A stretch of 64,000 nucleotides of DNA from the human T2T-CHM13v2.0 reference genome, Homo sapiens. Shown piece by piece: positions 49,957 through 62,479 of the stretch. The stretch is from assembly GCF_009914755.1 (NCBI RefSeq), contig NC_060925.1; one strand, 5' to 3'. The notes under the pieces were generated by a model, which was given only the letters and a program-made list of their open reading frames with translations, made no database searches and was not told the origin of the DNA. Each line of letters begins with the position of its first letter. Within the stretch, counting starts at the first letter, position 1. The translations under genes were made by a program, and so were the position numbers.

Positions 49957-50035
49957 CACACACACACACACACACACATACACACACACGCACGCACACA
50001 CACACACTCTCTCTCTCTCTCACTCTCTTTCTCTC
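49957..50035. repeat. Compound (CA)n(CT)n microsatellite
   Basis: Directly visible. Confidence 0.95.
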
Positions 50036-50039
50036 AGAT

Positions 50040-50312
50040 GAGAAACCAAGCTCAGGGGGAGGTCTTGGGATTAGTTCTGATTGGTTCTGATTGGGTCACA
50101 TGCCCATCACTGAACCAGTGGAATGCTGCATGCTAATTGGCTAGTTCTGGGTCAAATGCCCACCTCTGAGGACAGAGGAAGAATCAGTTTGTTTAATTGA
50201 TCCACGTGGATAGGCTAAGCTCAGGCAGAACTTCCAGCAAAACTTGAGTGCTGTTTTTAGAAAAAAATAGATGGAATAGATTTGAAATGAACAAAAACAT
50301 TATATCTCCACT
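50040..50312 (-). mobile_element. MLT1J/K-like LTR fragment
   Basis: tctgattggttctgattgggtcacatgcccatcactgaacca...ctgggtcaaatgcccacctctg. Confidence 0.6.
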
Positions 50313-51019
50313 CAGGCATTTCTCTTTCCTGGGCAATTGACTGGAGGTTGCATGGGGTAAACTGATCCAGACTGCAATGATTTATTGAAAAATGCCATGC
50401 CTATTCAAATTGACAAAAATTTATAAAACTTGACTAGATCCAAAAGCCTCCACTCCAGTGAAAGGGTAATGCAATGTATTATTAATACATATTAATAATT
50501 AATACCTACTCTTAGGGATACCCTGCTCTTCACTTAGCAGAAGATGTTAGATGATAGGCGAGCAATTGATCAAAAGGTCAGAGGATCACAGGCATTTCTG
50601 TGATGTAGCAAGCACTGAGAATAGCTGTGAATATCCCAGGAATTTTCTGTAGGTATCAATAAAGCAAGATTTTGTTTCCTGAACACTGACCTGAGTTCTA
50701 GTTTGGTGAACTTTGTATTTTTTATTCACATTTAGCTTCCAGTATTTTCAAACAGGGGTTAATTCAAGGAGAAGACCCAAAGGATAAGGAGGGGAGACAT
50801 CTTTTTTTTTTAACCACATACTTTGTGATATGCATGTAATACAGATGTAGGGGTTTAAAGAATGCTGATAAATGTAACATTTTATTAATTTATGAAGCCT
50901 AGGGAAGAACATGTAAAGAGATCAGGATCTGATTTCAGATTTTACTTGCTCTTAAATAGATATCCCAGGGAAATTCAGATAAATTAAGACTCAAACGAAA
51001 CCAACAAGAACATCATCAG

Positions 51020-51220
51020 ATGACATGCCAGGCACTGTGCCCAGAGCCTTCTCAAGCAGGGTCTCCTTAAATCCTCCTGAGGATTCTTGGAGAAGGGCAA
51101 TATTCTCCCCTTCCACAGATGAGGAAATTGAGGTCAGAAAGATCAAGATCACAAAAATACTCAATGGTGGAGCTGGTAAATGAATGAAAGTCTTCTAACG
51201 CCAACTCTATCCCTCTCTTT
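51020..51220 (-). mobile_element. MIR
   Basis: tgccaggcactgtgc...acagatgaggaaattgaggtcagaaag. Confidence 0.75.
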
Positions 51221-51534
51221 CCAGGATAAAATGTACCTTCAACTTAGCTGGTTCATCCAAATACTATAGATAGAATTTTGTTTTGTTTTTCAATTTCTAA
51301 AAGACACAACCATGGCTTTACTTAATTGGAACAAAAATTCTGAGAACTAAACATTCTCTTTCCCAGGAAGGCGGGCTGCAAAGGCACAGAGACTGTAGAA
51401 TCTGGAAAATGTCAACTTCTCTGAGAATCAGGGTTAATGACCAAGGCTCGCCACTCAGAACCAAGTATTTTGACTTCTGTGCAGTGCTCCAGGAGAACAA
51501 ATTAGAAGTTAAGCTAGGGGGAACTGATAAACCA

Positions 51535-51750
51535 GTGGGCTTTGAGTCACAAGGACCTAGATTTGAAGATCGGTGTAAATAATTATAACTGGAATAACTT
51601 TGGATAATTTACCCAACCTCATTGAGCCTCATTTGTGAAATAAAAATAATTATTTCATTTTATTATTATTATTGTGAGAATTAACCATGGTAATACATAT
51701 AAGGCATTTAGCACCAGGCCTGGCCCATGGTAAGTACATCATAAACGATA
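51535..51750 (+). mobile_element. MIR
   Basis: gggctttgagtcac...gagcctcatttgtgaaa...gtgagaattaa...ttagcaccaggcctggcccatggtaagt. Confidence 0.75.
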
Positions 51751-52717
51751 GAGATTTTATAGTGTTAAGATTATTAGTGTTTCTTAAGATTGATTAGAAG
51801 TAAACCTCTTTTGTGGGAGGGGGGAAATGTATTAATTTGTTTCACAGGAACATGATATGCTAAGTTAGTGAATTTATGTGAGGCAGTGGGTGTGACAGAC
51901 AACGCAATGAGTGGGAGACACGAGTGCGTTTGCCTTTTTGGGACCTCAGGAGTGAGGTGGGTCAAGGGCAAAGCTGATCCAAAAGGAAGCTGTGCCAGAT
52001 ACATGGAGTGGTGAAGGTAATGAAACTCCTTATGTCAATGAAATTACAACAAAGAATGCCTTTTGTAAATGCAGCAAACAAAAATTAAGGATGGGAAAAC
52101 ACGTGGTTTTTAATGTCCAATTTAGGGGATGGTTAGGTCCAATTTAGGGGAGGATGTAAAGAAGAATTTAGTTTATGCAGCAGGTGAAGAATAGAATTAC
52201 GGGAATAATAATCTTGAATTATTTAGATCAATTTACTGAGCCCATAATCTCAGGAATTTCTGACATTGTAGTAAAAGTAAATGAGGTGTCTGTAGATCCA
52301 CATGGCTTAACCTGTGTGGCCACTGCTTGTGATCACCTCTGTATGAAAGAACGCTGATTTGAGGTGGCTCTAATGCATTAACCACATCAATTGCTTCCTG
52401 CTCCTTGTTGTCACCAAGGTGGGCCACACTCACCTAAAAATTAGGGCAGGCAGAAGGGGGAACCACTAAGCATTTGCATTAGTTTCCAGGTTCCCTTGTC
52501 AGTTTTAACCCCTGCAATAGTAATCTTTTGGCGAAGGAACACACAACCCTGCCATTGTGGGGGAGTAAGGATCCCAAGGGTTTGGGGAGAAGTTTTTCTG
52601 TCTTATCTGAGAATGGAGTCATGTTGCCTTTGGATCTCAAGACCTCAGGGAGATAGGGAGCTCCAAGTCCTGAGAAGGAGGAATGGTACCTGGTACCTTG
52701 AATATGAGGCACACACT

Positions 52718-52851
52718 AAAAGGTAAGAAGGAGAAATAGAAAGAAAGAATGAAAGAAAGAAATGAAGGAAGGAAAGAAGGAAGGAAGAAAGAAAGAAAGA
52801 AGGAAAGAAAGAAAGAGCAAGTGAGAGAGAGAAAGGAAGGAAGGAAGGAAG
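52718..52851. repeat. (GAAA)n/(GGAA)n purine-rich low-complexity tract
   Basis: Directly visible. Confidence 0.9.
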
Positions 52852-53244
52852 TTGCTTGGCTTTAGACCTGAGTATTTCAGCTGTAGAAAGAGCAATTTTG
52901 CTGACTGGTGAGGTGGGGGTGGGGGAATGTATCTATTTCCTGATAATGTCTTCTGTGCTGAAAGTGCCCTGGATAGCAAGAAGGGGCACTGGGCCAGGAG
53001 AAACCACCAGAAAGAGGGCAACCCTCCAGTGCAAGAGGGTGAAGCAGCCTGTTCTTGAGTAGTGTGGACAGAACTGAAGGCATCTTTGTCATGGACTGTA
53101 GTGCTCCTTGTGGATGCTGAGGGACTCTGGAGCCCCGTGGGATTTTGCTTTACTGGGCTTCTTGCCCTGCTGCAAACACATCCTTTCATAGTTCTTTCTT
53201 GTGACTGCAGGAGATTGTGCTCCAGCATCAAAATGAGAAGCAAA

Positions 53245-53365
53245 AGATCATGGATCCAGGCCAGGGTTTCCCACTAATTAGCCATGCCCCGTCCCTAAGT
53301 CACTTGGCATCTAGGCCTCAGTTTCCTCATCTAGTAAATGAGAGTTAAATAAGATTATTTCATAT
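53245..53365 (+). mobile_element. MIR
   Basis: aagtcacttggcatctaggcctcagtttcctcatctagtaaatgagagtt. Confidence 0.7.
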
Positions 53366-53469
53366 ATCAACTAAATCCAAAACAGGATTTTTCAATATCT
53401 TTTGTCCACTGTCTTCCCCCATCAATTCTTTCCAAAAAACATGCCCTTGTTGAGAAGTCTGAGACCTTG

Positions 53470-53537
53470 AACCCCAAATGCCTAGTGTGGTGAATGGCAC
53501 ACAGTAGGTGCTCAAGAAATACTTATTGAATGAATGT
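53470..53537 (+). mobile_element. L2 3' end
   Basis: tgcctagtgtggtgaatggcacacagtaggtgctcaagaaatacttattgaatgaatg. Confidence 0.75.
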
Positions 53538-56119
53538 TTCTTTGGAAAGTCTCTGTTGAATGGATGCTGCTTTCTATTATTTCTTCCCAGAGAAAAGAGG
53601 CTAAAATCTATGGCAATATAAGAGGGGAAAATCATTCTAATAGTTGATGACACAGAATACATTAAAGCAATGCTCAGTCACCATACATTAAGTCTTTTTA
53701 ACATGGCTTTTAAACAGCTTTTCTTATTAGCCAAATGAAATACAGTAATCCTTTAACTCTCCTGTGTCAGATTATCAGCTATTTCAAGTAAGTGTTAACA
53801 TTTCTGTCACTGGCAAAAGTGAATTATGTTTTCCTTCCCAAGCTTGCATCAACATGCCCAACAAGCGGGCTGCACGCGCCTCTCTAATGGGACAGTGTGA
53901 GGTGCCACTGCGGTGATTATGAAGCAGCTCGACATCTGGAGGTGGGGGCATGTTCAGCCCCACCCTGCAGCCTGAGCAGGGCCAGGCAACCTTTGCAAGA
54001 TGAGTGAATGAATGAATTGGGATGTCATCCTGGGTGAATAACATAACTCCTATAACTGCTCTGGTTTTGTTCTATAAATAGCCTGAACAGAAAATTCTAG
54101 ATGCTGTTATTCCTTGTGAATTTCTGTGTCAGGGTTGATGACAATACAGAGGATACCAGCTACTTTATGGTCAAACACCCATTCTTTAGAAATCTGGAAA
54201 ATCTGTCCACCAGGAAAATTCAGTTGGGTGATACAAAGTTCTTATTTTGCAAACCAGTTGATCATGGTGTATCAGAGAAAGATCATATTTAAGAGACAAA
54301 CTGCAATAGAAATTCAAATTTCTTACCAGGTGAATGTGATCAGGCCCTGGAGCCCATTTCTTGTTGCCTCTTCCACCTCCTCTTGGCTGTTCAGCGAGCC
54401 ATGTTGCTGCACCACATCATGTCTTTTCACCGCCCTTCCTGCTGATGGGAACAACTACCCATCTTGTCTACCTGGAGAAACCTCACCCATCCACCAGAAT
54501 GATGCTTTTCTTTTTTCCCTAGTGTTTTGCACCTACCTCTATTGGCACTTCTACATCTCATTCTAATTATATGTATATAATCTTGTCTCTTCCATTGAAT
54601 GATGAATTTCTTGAGGTCAGAAACTATATTTTATTTTGAATTTCAAATGCTCTGGCATATATTAGAAGCCAAATAAATGATTGTTGAGATCAATAACTAC
54701 TACTTAGAGTATCTCAGTTATTCACACTGAAACACTGGAAAGTAAATATTATTACTTTCATTTTAAAGACAGAATATAGGATCACAGATTTTTAGATAAC
54801 TTGCCCAAAGTAATAAACTAGCGATAGAATATCTTAGATTGAAAATCAAGTGTGCAATGCCCATTTTAAATTAAATATAAGAACATTTAACATGTGTGCA
54901 GAATCACTAAAACTTCACAGATTGTATTTGTTAGTTCATGCATACATATATATTTTGTTCTAACCAGAACAGTGGAAACCTAGCACTGAATTAGGTCAAC
55001 TGTTTTATCTTCTTTCACTTCTTAATATGAGCACATTTTATTAGTGCTTTCTACCTTTGGCTTACTAATGAGTAAGGAAGGGCTGAAAGGAAAATAGGTT
55101 GTCCCATCTTTTCCTGTCCTTCCATGTCATTATTTCAGTGTAAGTGGCTGGCTAATACAGGGAAGTGAGAAAGGATCTGGAAAACTCCTGCGGTGAGAGA
55201 ATTCACTTTTGAGGAAATGAAGACCTTAAGGGGGAAAATAGAATGAAGACAAAGGTCAGAAATATTCATATAAAATCTCCTATAAATATATTTCTAAAAG
55301 GAAAATTTAACTGCAGAAATAAACACCAAATATAGTCAGTTGGTGACTTTTCTCACACTAAATTAGTAATAATACATGTACATTTATTTCCCTTGCCATG
55401 TTTAGCTTAATTGAAACTTTTCAAGATAGCTCTCCTGAAAACTGGTGGTTGCCAATTTGTTGTACTCCAATATGCATGCTAATAAGCATGTTTAAAGGTA
55501 GAGATAAATATTAATTAAAGGTAATATGCATGCTAACAAGAATTTTTATGTGTCTTTCTCATCCTCCAACCAAATGTTTCATGCTTTTTTGATTTTATGG
55601 CTGGAGCTCCTCTTCTTTGATGCTCCTTCCAGTCTTTTCAGTGGAGTCAGAAGCAGAGACTTGACTGCCTGAGATGGGAAAGGCATTGGAGACCCTCAAT
55701 TGTTCTCTGCCGAGGAAGTATTTAGTGCTCTTCTCTCCCGAAACGCCCCTGGAAATAGATTGCTTAGGTCTGCAAATGTTAACTTCTCGCCTAGGCTCCT
55801 GTTGCGGCTTTGCCCTCCTCAACACGTTGTGGCTCCCTCCTCAGAGAAAGGCACAGTTCTAAGGTTGGAATGATTTCCCTTCATCTTCCCTTATCTTTCC
55901 CAAGGCCACAGTGCAAAATCTTCTCCTTTTTTTGCCATCTGTTTTACCTCCCCTTTCTATTCCCAAACCCCAGTTTCTCTTTTTAAAATTACTCCCAACA
56001 GGACTAGCTTGCCATTCATATGTACTGGAAACAAGTTGCTAAAAAGGTTTATATAAGTAAATTTGTGTACAATTGAATTTTTCTTAAGGGAAATTTGCAA
56101 TTACTCTATGTTACTTCTT

Positions 56120-56355
56120 TGTGTGGAAAGAGCATGGGTTTGGATTAGTTAGATTAAAATTCAAATTTTAGCTTTTCTCCCTTGGTAGCAAAATGACTGA
56201 CCTTGGGAAGGTGTGCACCACCTCTCTGAGCCTTAAATTTCTCAACTCCCCTGAATGAAAATAATGATGTCTACCTTGCAAACACCAGGACATGCTGTTG
56301 AATTCAAAAGTCAGATAACAAAATGCATAAGAAGTAAGATGCCACTATGTAAACT
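56120..56355 (+). mobile_element. MIR
   Basis: ggaaagagcatgggtttgga...tgaccttgggaag...cctctctgagccttaaatttctca. Confidence 0.7.
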
Positions 56356-58459
56356 TATATATGCGTGAGTGTAGAGGAAGAGATGGGTATGCAAGAATCG
56401 TCAACAAAATGCTGATGGTGGCTGGTTTTGGGAGACATTTGCTTTTTCCCTTTTTTCTTTCTGTAATGTTTGAATTTTGGGCTAATTACTGTATTAACAG
56501 GGAATGAGAAACATGTTTCAGTATTAAATAACAAAGTTGTTGTAACTTTAAAAAAGAAAAGAAAAGAAACACGCATTACCTGATATAAATAAGTAAAATG
56601 TATTAAATCTCTGCTAAACATATGTTGTTGTTCTATGTTCTTTATACCCATTGTTTGATTTACTCCTCACAGCAGGCTTGGAGTTACTCTTATCCTAGCA
56701 TGATGCCTCATGCATAGTAGGTACATGGGAAATGCTGGTTTTCCTTCTTCTATGCTATATGATTAGTTGGGTTTCATTCTTATTATATTCATATCACTAG
56801 ACACAGAAACAATAGATGATATGTTTTTAGTGCTTTTGGGTACTGAATATTCCATTAAACATGGGGAGAGTGATGAAAAGTTCCAGGCAAGTATTTCATA
56901 TACAATTTAAGGGAAAGGGGCTTCTCTACCTTAATATACATCTCAACGCTGGTTTCTCTCTAAAAATTTAGTTAGCTCTCTATTTTTCTAGTGGCTGCTC
57001 TAGCCAATGGTGTAACAAGGACAAAATAGGAGATTTTCTTAAAACTGATGCACATTATCAATTGTTATCTTTTGACATATAAAAAGTAACTACGTTGTTT
57101 TCTTTTTAAAAGAAACATACAGTGGCAAATACTTAAAATGTGACCACATAGATTGGAAACACAAAAATTATCTACTTTCTTCTAAAATGTGTATTTTGCA
57201 CCCTTCCTAGCATTAACTACCCAATTTCCAGACCCACAGATCAATAATTATTCATGGCTGAGACCCATCAGCGGTTAGTAAGTGCTCTGTGCAATTTTCA
57301 GGTCACTTTTGTAGTTTGAAATTTTCCATCTGTCACATGGAAATCCTTTTCTATACAGCATAAGTGAACACTTCTCAGCTGTGCTCCATAAGGGAGAGGC
57401 AATTCCATGAAGGGCAGGGAGAGATGGCAGACGAGAGTTTCAACCTTTACAGATGAGAATGTGTATTAATTCTTTAAAAAAAAATTTGAAAAAATATTTA
57501 CAAAGAAAGAAAGTGTGTACAATGGCTCCCAACAGCTGAGGGCGGCTGAAGACTCCTGGATGACCTGGACAGATGTAATGGGAGGTAAGATTTCCATCCC
57601 TGCTGAAGGGCAGAGCAAATCTCAAATGCCAGTGCAACTTTTGCATTTCTCTGACATGCCTATTTCCAACAATCTAAGCACTGAATCGCTCTAAACTTAA
57701 TGTGGCTGGCTTTAGAAGACAAGGCAGAGGGCCCAAGGGGAGATGTAGTAATTCTTATTGCCATTGAATTGTTCTGTATTGATTACACATAAAAGCTATT
57801 TGGCGGCTCTTCTCCTTTTTTGGCTCACACCCTTACTTCAGCCTCTCGCATCCTCAGATGGCCCAGTGGCAAACAAGACAGAAATCCTCTAGGTGTCTTA
57901 ACTAAACTTCATGGGGATATCTGGATCCTCCATCAGGGCTGCCACTGAAAAGAGTCCTGACAGGGTGGAAGGATGAGCCAATGACCTCTACTGCGAAGAT
58001 TTCTTCCAACTCGATGGCCTCTGATTTTTTGTTAGTTACATGTTAAACATGAAGATCCATCCTTTTATACTGTGGTCTCACTGATAAATGCTGAGGACAT
58101 ACATATTTAGAAAAAGCTTCTTCCAAAGTGCAAAAGAAGACCGGTCTATATGTCCTATGTCCACATGCACAGAAAGGAGTGCACACGCATACACACACAC
58201 ACACATACACACGCACTGCATTTATGATCTTGAAATTGGGTTTGAAAAAGATATGTTCACTTCCGTTTTGCATATTTGAAATCTGATCTAAAAATAAATT
58301 CTGAATGTGAGGGTTGGTATTATTGTTAGAAGCCAATAGACTGGATAAACGTCTTCTGTGGCAGGTCCCATATAGTTTTTCAGCTCAAACTGGGTATTTC
58401 CCATTAGCCTCTTTTTCTGTTGTCTCATGATGAGCTCAGTTCAATCTCAGGGGTGCAGT

Positions 58460-58482
58460 GGGTGGGTGGGGGTGAGGGTGGG
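58460..58482 (+). other. Putative G-quadruplex
   Basis: gggtgggtgggggtgagggtggg: five G-tracts of 3 or more with 1-3-nt loops. Confidence 0.7.
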
Positions 58483-58524
58483 TGGTGAGACTGAGAGAAG
58501 CCCACTCAGTTAGATTATAAAGTA

Positions 58525-58875
58525 TGACAGTTAAAACAAAATTTAGGCATGACGTAAATACAGTGAAGCGCCTAATCTTAAGTGTCCGTCTTGATAAATT
58601 TTCACATACGTACATGCTCATGACCATGCCCAATTTAAGATATAGACTATTTCAAGGACCCTGGAAGGTTCCCTCGTCCTCCTTCTGCCTTAGTACCACT
58701 TCCCAGAAAGAAGCCACTATTCTGATTTCTGTCACCAGAGATTAGTTTGGCTTGTTGCTGAACTTCACAGAAGTAGAATCATACAGTATATACTCTTATT
58801 TTTCTGTTTTTTTCTCATTCGACATTTATGTCTATGAGATTTATCTATTTTACTGCATATGCGATATAATTTTTT
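58525..58875 (-). mobile_element. L1ME1/2-like 3' end
   Basis: tacagtgaagcgcctaatcttaagtgt...ccactattctgatttctgtcaccagagattagtttgg...gaatcatacagtatatac. Confidence 0.7.
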
Positions 58876-59098
58876 AGAAAAGGTCTCTCTAAAATTAAAT
58901 ATTCAAATATGTATTTGCCTGTGGAATGGTCACATTGGGAGGCTTCACACTTAAGCCAAGGCTGTGGCAATGATCTGGAAGGTCTGGAAACCCACTTCAG
59001 AATCTTTGTGCAGCAGTAGGCAAGACAGTCAAGCACACATGTCAGAGTGTTTTGGAGTCACACTTAATTTTTGACTCCAACCTAAACTGGATCATCCT

Positions 59099-59524
59099 TG
59101 CTATGGGTTGAATGTTTTTGTCCCCTCCAAAATTCATGTTGAAACTTAATTTCCAATTCAACAGTGTTGGGAGGTTTTATCTTTAGGTTGTGAATAAATC
59201 AGGAGGTTTCTGCCCTCATGAATTATACAAGGGCTTGAAATAGGGGTTTGAAAAATTATAAAAGGGCTCTTATAAAAGGGCTTGATGGAGGGAGTTTGCT
59301 CCTTTTTGCCCTTTTGTCCCCTCCACCATATCAGGAAATGGCATTCCTCTCCTCTGAAGGATGCAGCAACAGGGCACCATGTTGGAAGCAGAGGCTGTGC
59401 TCTTTCACCAGACGCTGAACCTGCTGAGACCTTGAACCTTCAGAACTGTGGGAAATAAATTTCTATGGTTTACAAATTACCTAGTCTGTATATTTTGTTA
59501 TAGAAGCACAAACGGACTAACATA
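59099..59524 (+). mobile_element. MSTC/MSTD MaLR solo LTR
   Basis: tgctatgggttgaatgtttttgtcccctccaaaattcatgttgaaacttaa...gaaggatgcagcaacagggcaccatgttggaagcagag...aacggactaacata. TSD atcct/ttcct. Confidence 0.88.
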
Positions 59525-59589
59525 TTCCTTTTTACTTCATTACACCTGTTTCCAAGTAACTTTTGCGGAATAAAATTTGCTCTCAAAAT

Positions 59590-59790
59590 ATAATAATACA
59601 AACATGCCACACGTGCTCTATGTGCATAATCTCACTTAATCCTCACAACAACCCTATTATTATCCCCAATATGAAAACACACAAACTGACAATAACTTGT
59701 CCAAGATGATACAGCCAGGAAATAGTGGAGCTGGGATCTTAACCCAAACTCATTCAGATTACAGAGCTGGTGGCTTCTATGGGCTTCTAT
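59590..59790 (-). mobile_element. MIR
   Basis: ctcacttaatcctcacaacaaccct...taacttgtccaagatgatacagc...ggagctgggatcttaaccca. Confidence 0.75.
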
Positions 59791-60039
59791 GGGCTCTGAG
59801 GACACATCTCCAGAAATGTTCTGAGTGATGGCAACAGTTGGCCAAAATGAAAGAAGTGAATGGAGGCTAAAGGGATTACTCATTTTACATTATGGCTGTA
59901 CCTACTAAGAGCCAAAACTTCATCATCATACTCTGTGTAAGAGTTGAGCATCAGCAGTGGGGCCCACAGTGGTGGGAGGGCAGGTTGGATAATGTAAGGA
60001 TGCAGTGTGGAATGCTGAATAGGGCAGGGGATACTAGAA

Positions 60040-60240
60040 CAAGGTGAAAGTACTGGCTCCAACTCTTACTCATTATTGTGATTTGGAGACAAGTATTTCA
60101 CTTTCCTAAAGCCTTTGTTCCTTCATCTGCAAAATGGAAATTAATAATGACACCTATCTCACTGAATTTAGTCAGCATTCAATGATTCATGTGAAGCACT
60201 AGCACTATGCCTGGATATAGTCGGTTCTCAATAATGATTA
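60040..60240 (+). mobile_element. MIR
   Basis: tgtgatttggagacaagtatttcac...ttccttcatctgcaaaatgg...agcactatgcctggatatagt. Confidence 0.75.
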
Positions 60241-61061
60241 ACTCAGAAACTCTCTTACATTTAATGTGAGCATATGCCCCATCTTGAGTAGAACACTTAG
60301 AACAGAACTTTATCAAAGTAACGTAACACGAAGGGAGAGGGTTAAACTAGTTTGGTGGGAATGTTTATGAAAATCAGAAGAGAATTGCATTGGTGGGCCA
60401 ATATTGGCCACTCATTTAATCAATTCATTTACTTCCCACAGCCAAAACATGGCCATTAAAAGGGTTTACTTGGATGTTTCCCTCTTTCTATATTGATCCC
60501 TTTTCAGTGAAAATATTGATGAATTTGTATAGATCGGGACCTTAAAGTTACTTAATTATTGATTGAAAACAGTTGCTCAGGCTGAGCAGGTGGGTTTTTA
60601 CTTTGTTTAACAACTAGAAGAAACAAGCACGGTTTCTGTGGGATAAAGCTGGCACCGAAGTCCCGCCTGAGTGGGCTAACTCAGCTCTAAGCCTCAGCTG
60701 TGAGAGCTGCAACATCAATGTCCCCAGATGTTTGTCTATATGCTTTCTTGTTTATTAACAACTGGGAGTAAATTAGACAAAGCAGTGCCACCTATAGTGA
60801 TTGGTCCCAACTCTGGGCTAGGCAGAACCATGAATATGGATTTGAAGTTACTTTTGAGCATGTTTAATGAGCTATTGCTCACTTCTATCAGTGCAGAAGC
60901 AATCCAGCAAACACCTACCAGCGCCTGAGGTGGCCTGGAGGACCTAAAGATCAAGAAAATATGTCAACTACACTGCCCTCTAAAAGTTGAAAGAATAGGA
61001 ATACGAAGTGAGCTTTTAAGTCATCGTAATAAAGAGTAGGAAGAGGTTAAATTATTGCTAA

Positions 61062-61570
<509 letters not shown>

Positions 61571-62479
61571 AGAAAATTTTCTGCTTTGATCTCTCAGAGT
61601 CCTGCCTGTTCAATGCAATGCTTCAAATTCTATGAATCTGTTCATTCCACGTTGGTTTACCTTCAGCCTCTCTGCCCCTGCAACATCATGAGGTCAGAGA
61701 ATTTGTATGTTTCATTCAACATGTGAAAACATAGTAAGTGTACAATAAATATTTGTTACATGAATGAAATAATTCCACAAGTAATAGTCGTTAAAATGGA
61801 ACTCAATTTTGACAATCAAAGGATCTGGGTGATGGCAAAGATGGGTAGGGGGACATTTGAGTCTTTTTATGTTGACTTCAGTGGGAGGTCCCATTAAGGA
61901 GACAGAGAGAGCCAAGAAGAGTGTGGAAGCTGCACTAGAGAAACTTCTTGTCCCCATTTGGAGCATGCGAGTGAGAACAGGCTGGTTAGACATCACTACA
62001 ATCCATATAGGTGTTGCCAATAGTAAAATAACTTGTTTTAATACCACAGCACATCCTCTGTTATTTTCAGAGCTTGACCAGGCTTAAATAATTGGAGATC
62101 TTTGAGAGCATTACAGGTTTTCTTGAGCTTCCCAGGTAAAGATCGCTTTACATTCCATCATTAATGTGTGTGGCTGGAGGACTTCCAGACTGAGAGAGAA
62201 AAAGAAGAGGAGCACAATGTAGACAATCTTTAAAACTTTCAAGTATTACAAAGTACTACATGCCCACTGTTTGGATAGCAGTGGAATCAAAAGAGGACAA
62301 ATATACTTTAGCCGCAGTTCTTATAGTATGATTTTTTTTTAATGTGAAGACTGATATACAGCACCATTTGGCATGAGCAACAAAAGCTTTCCCTCCTAAT
62401 CTTTTGTTTCAGGTCCCAGAGGTTATTAATAATGATCACTTATTAGTCTAATGCATCATGCTCTCTTCCCGTCATTGAA

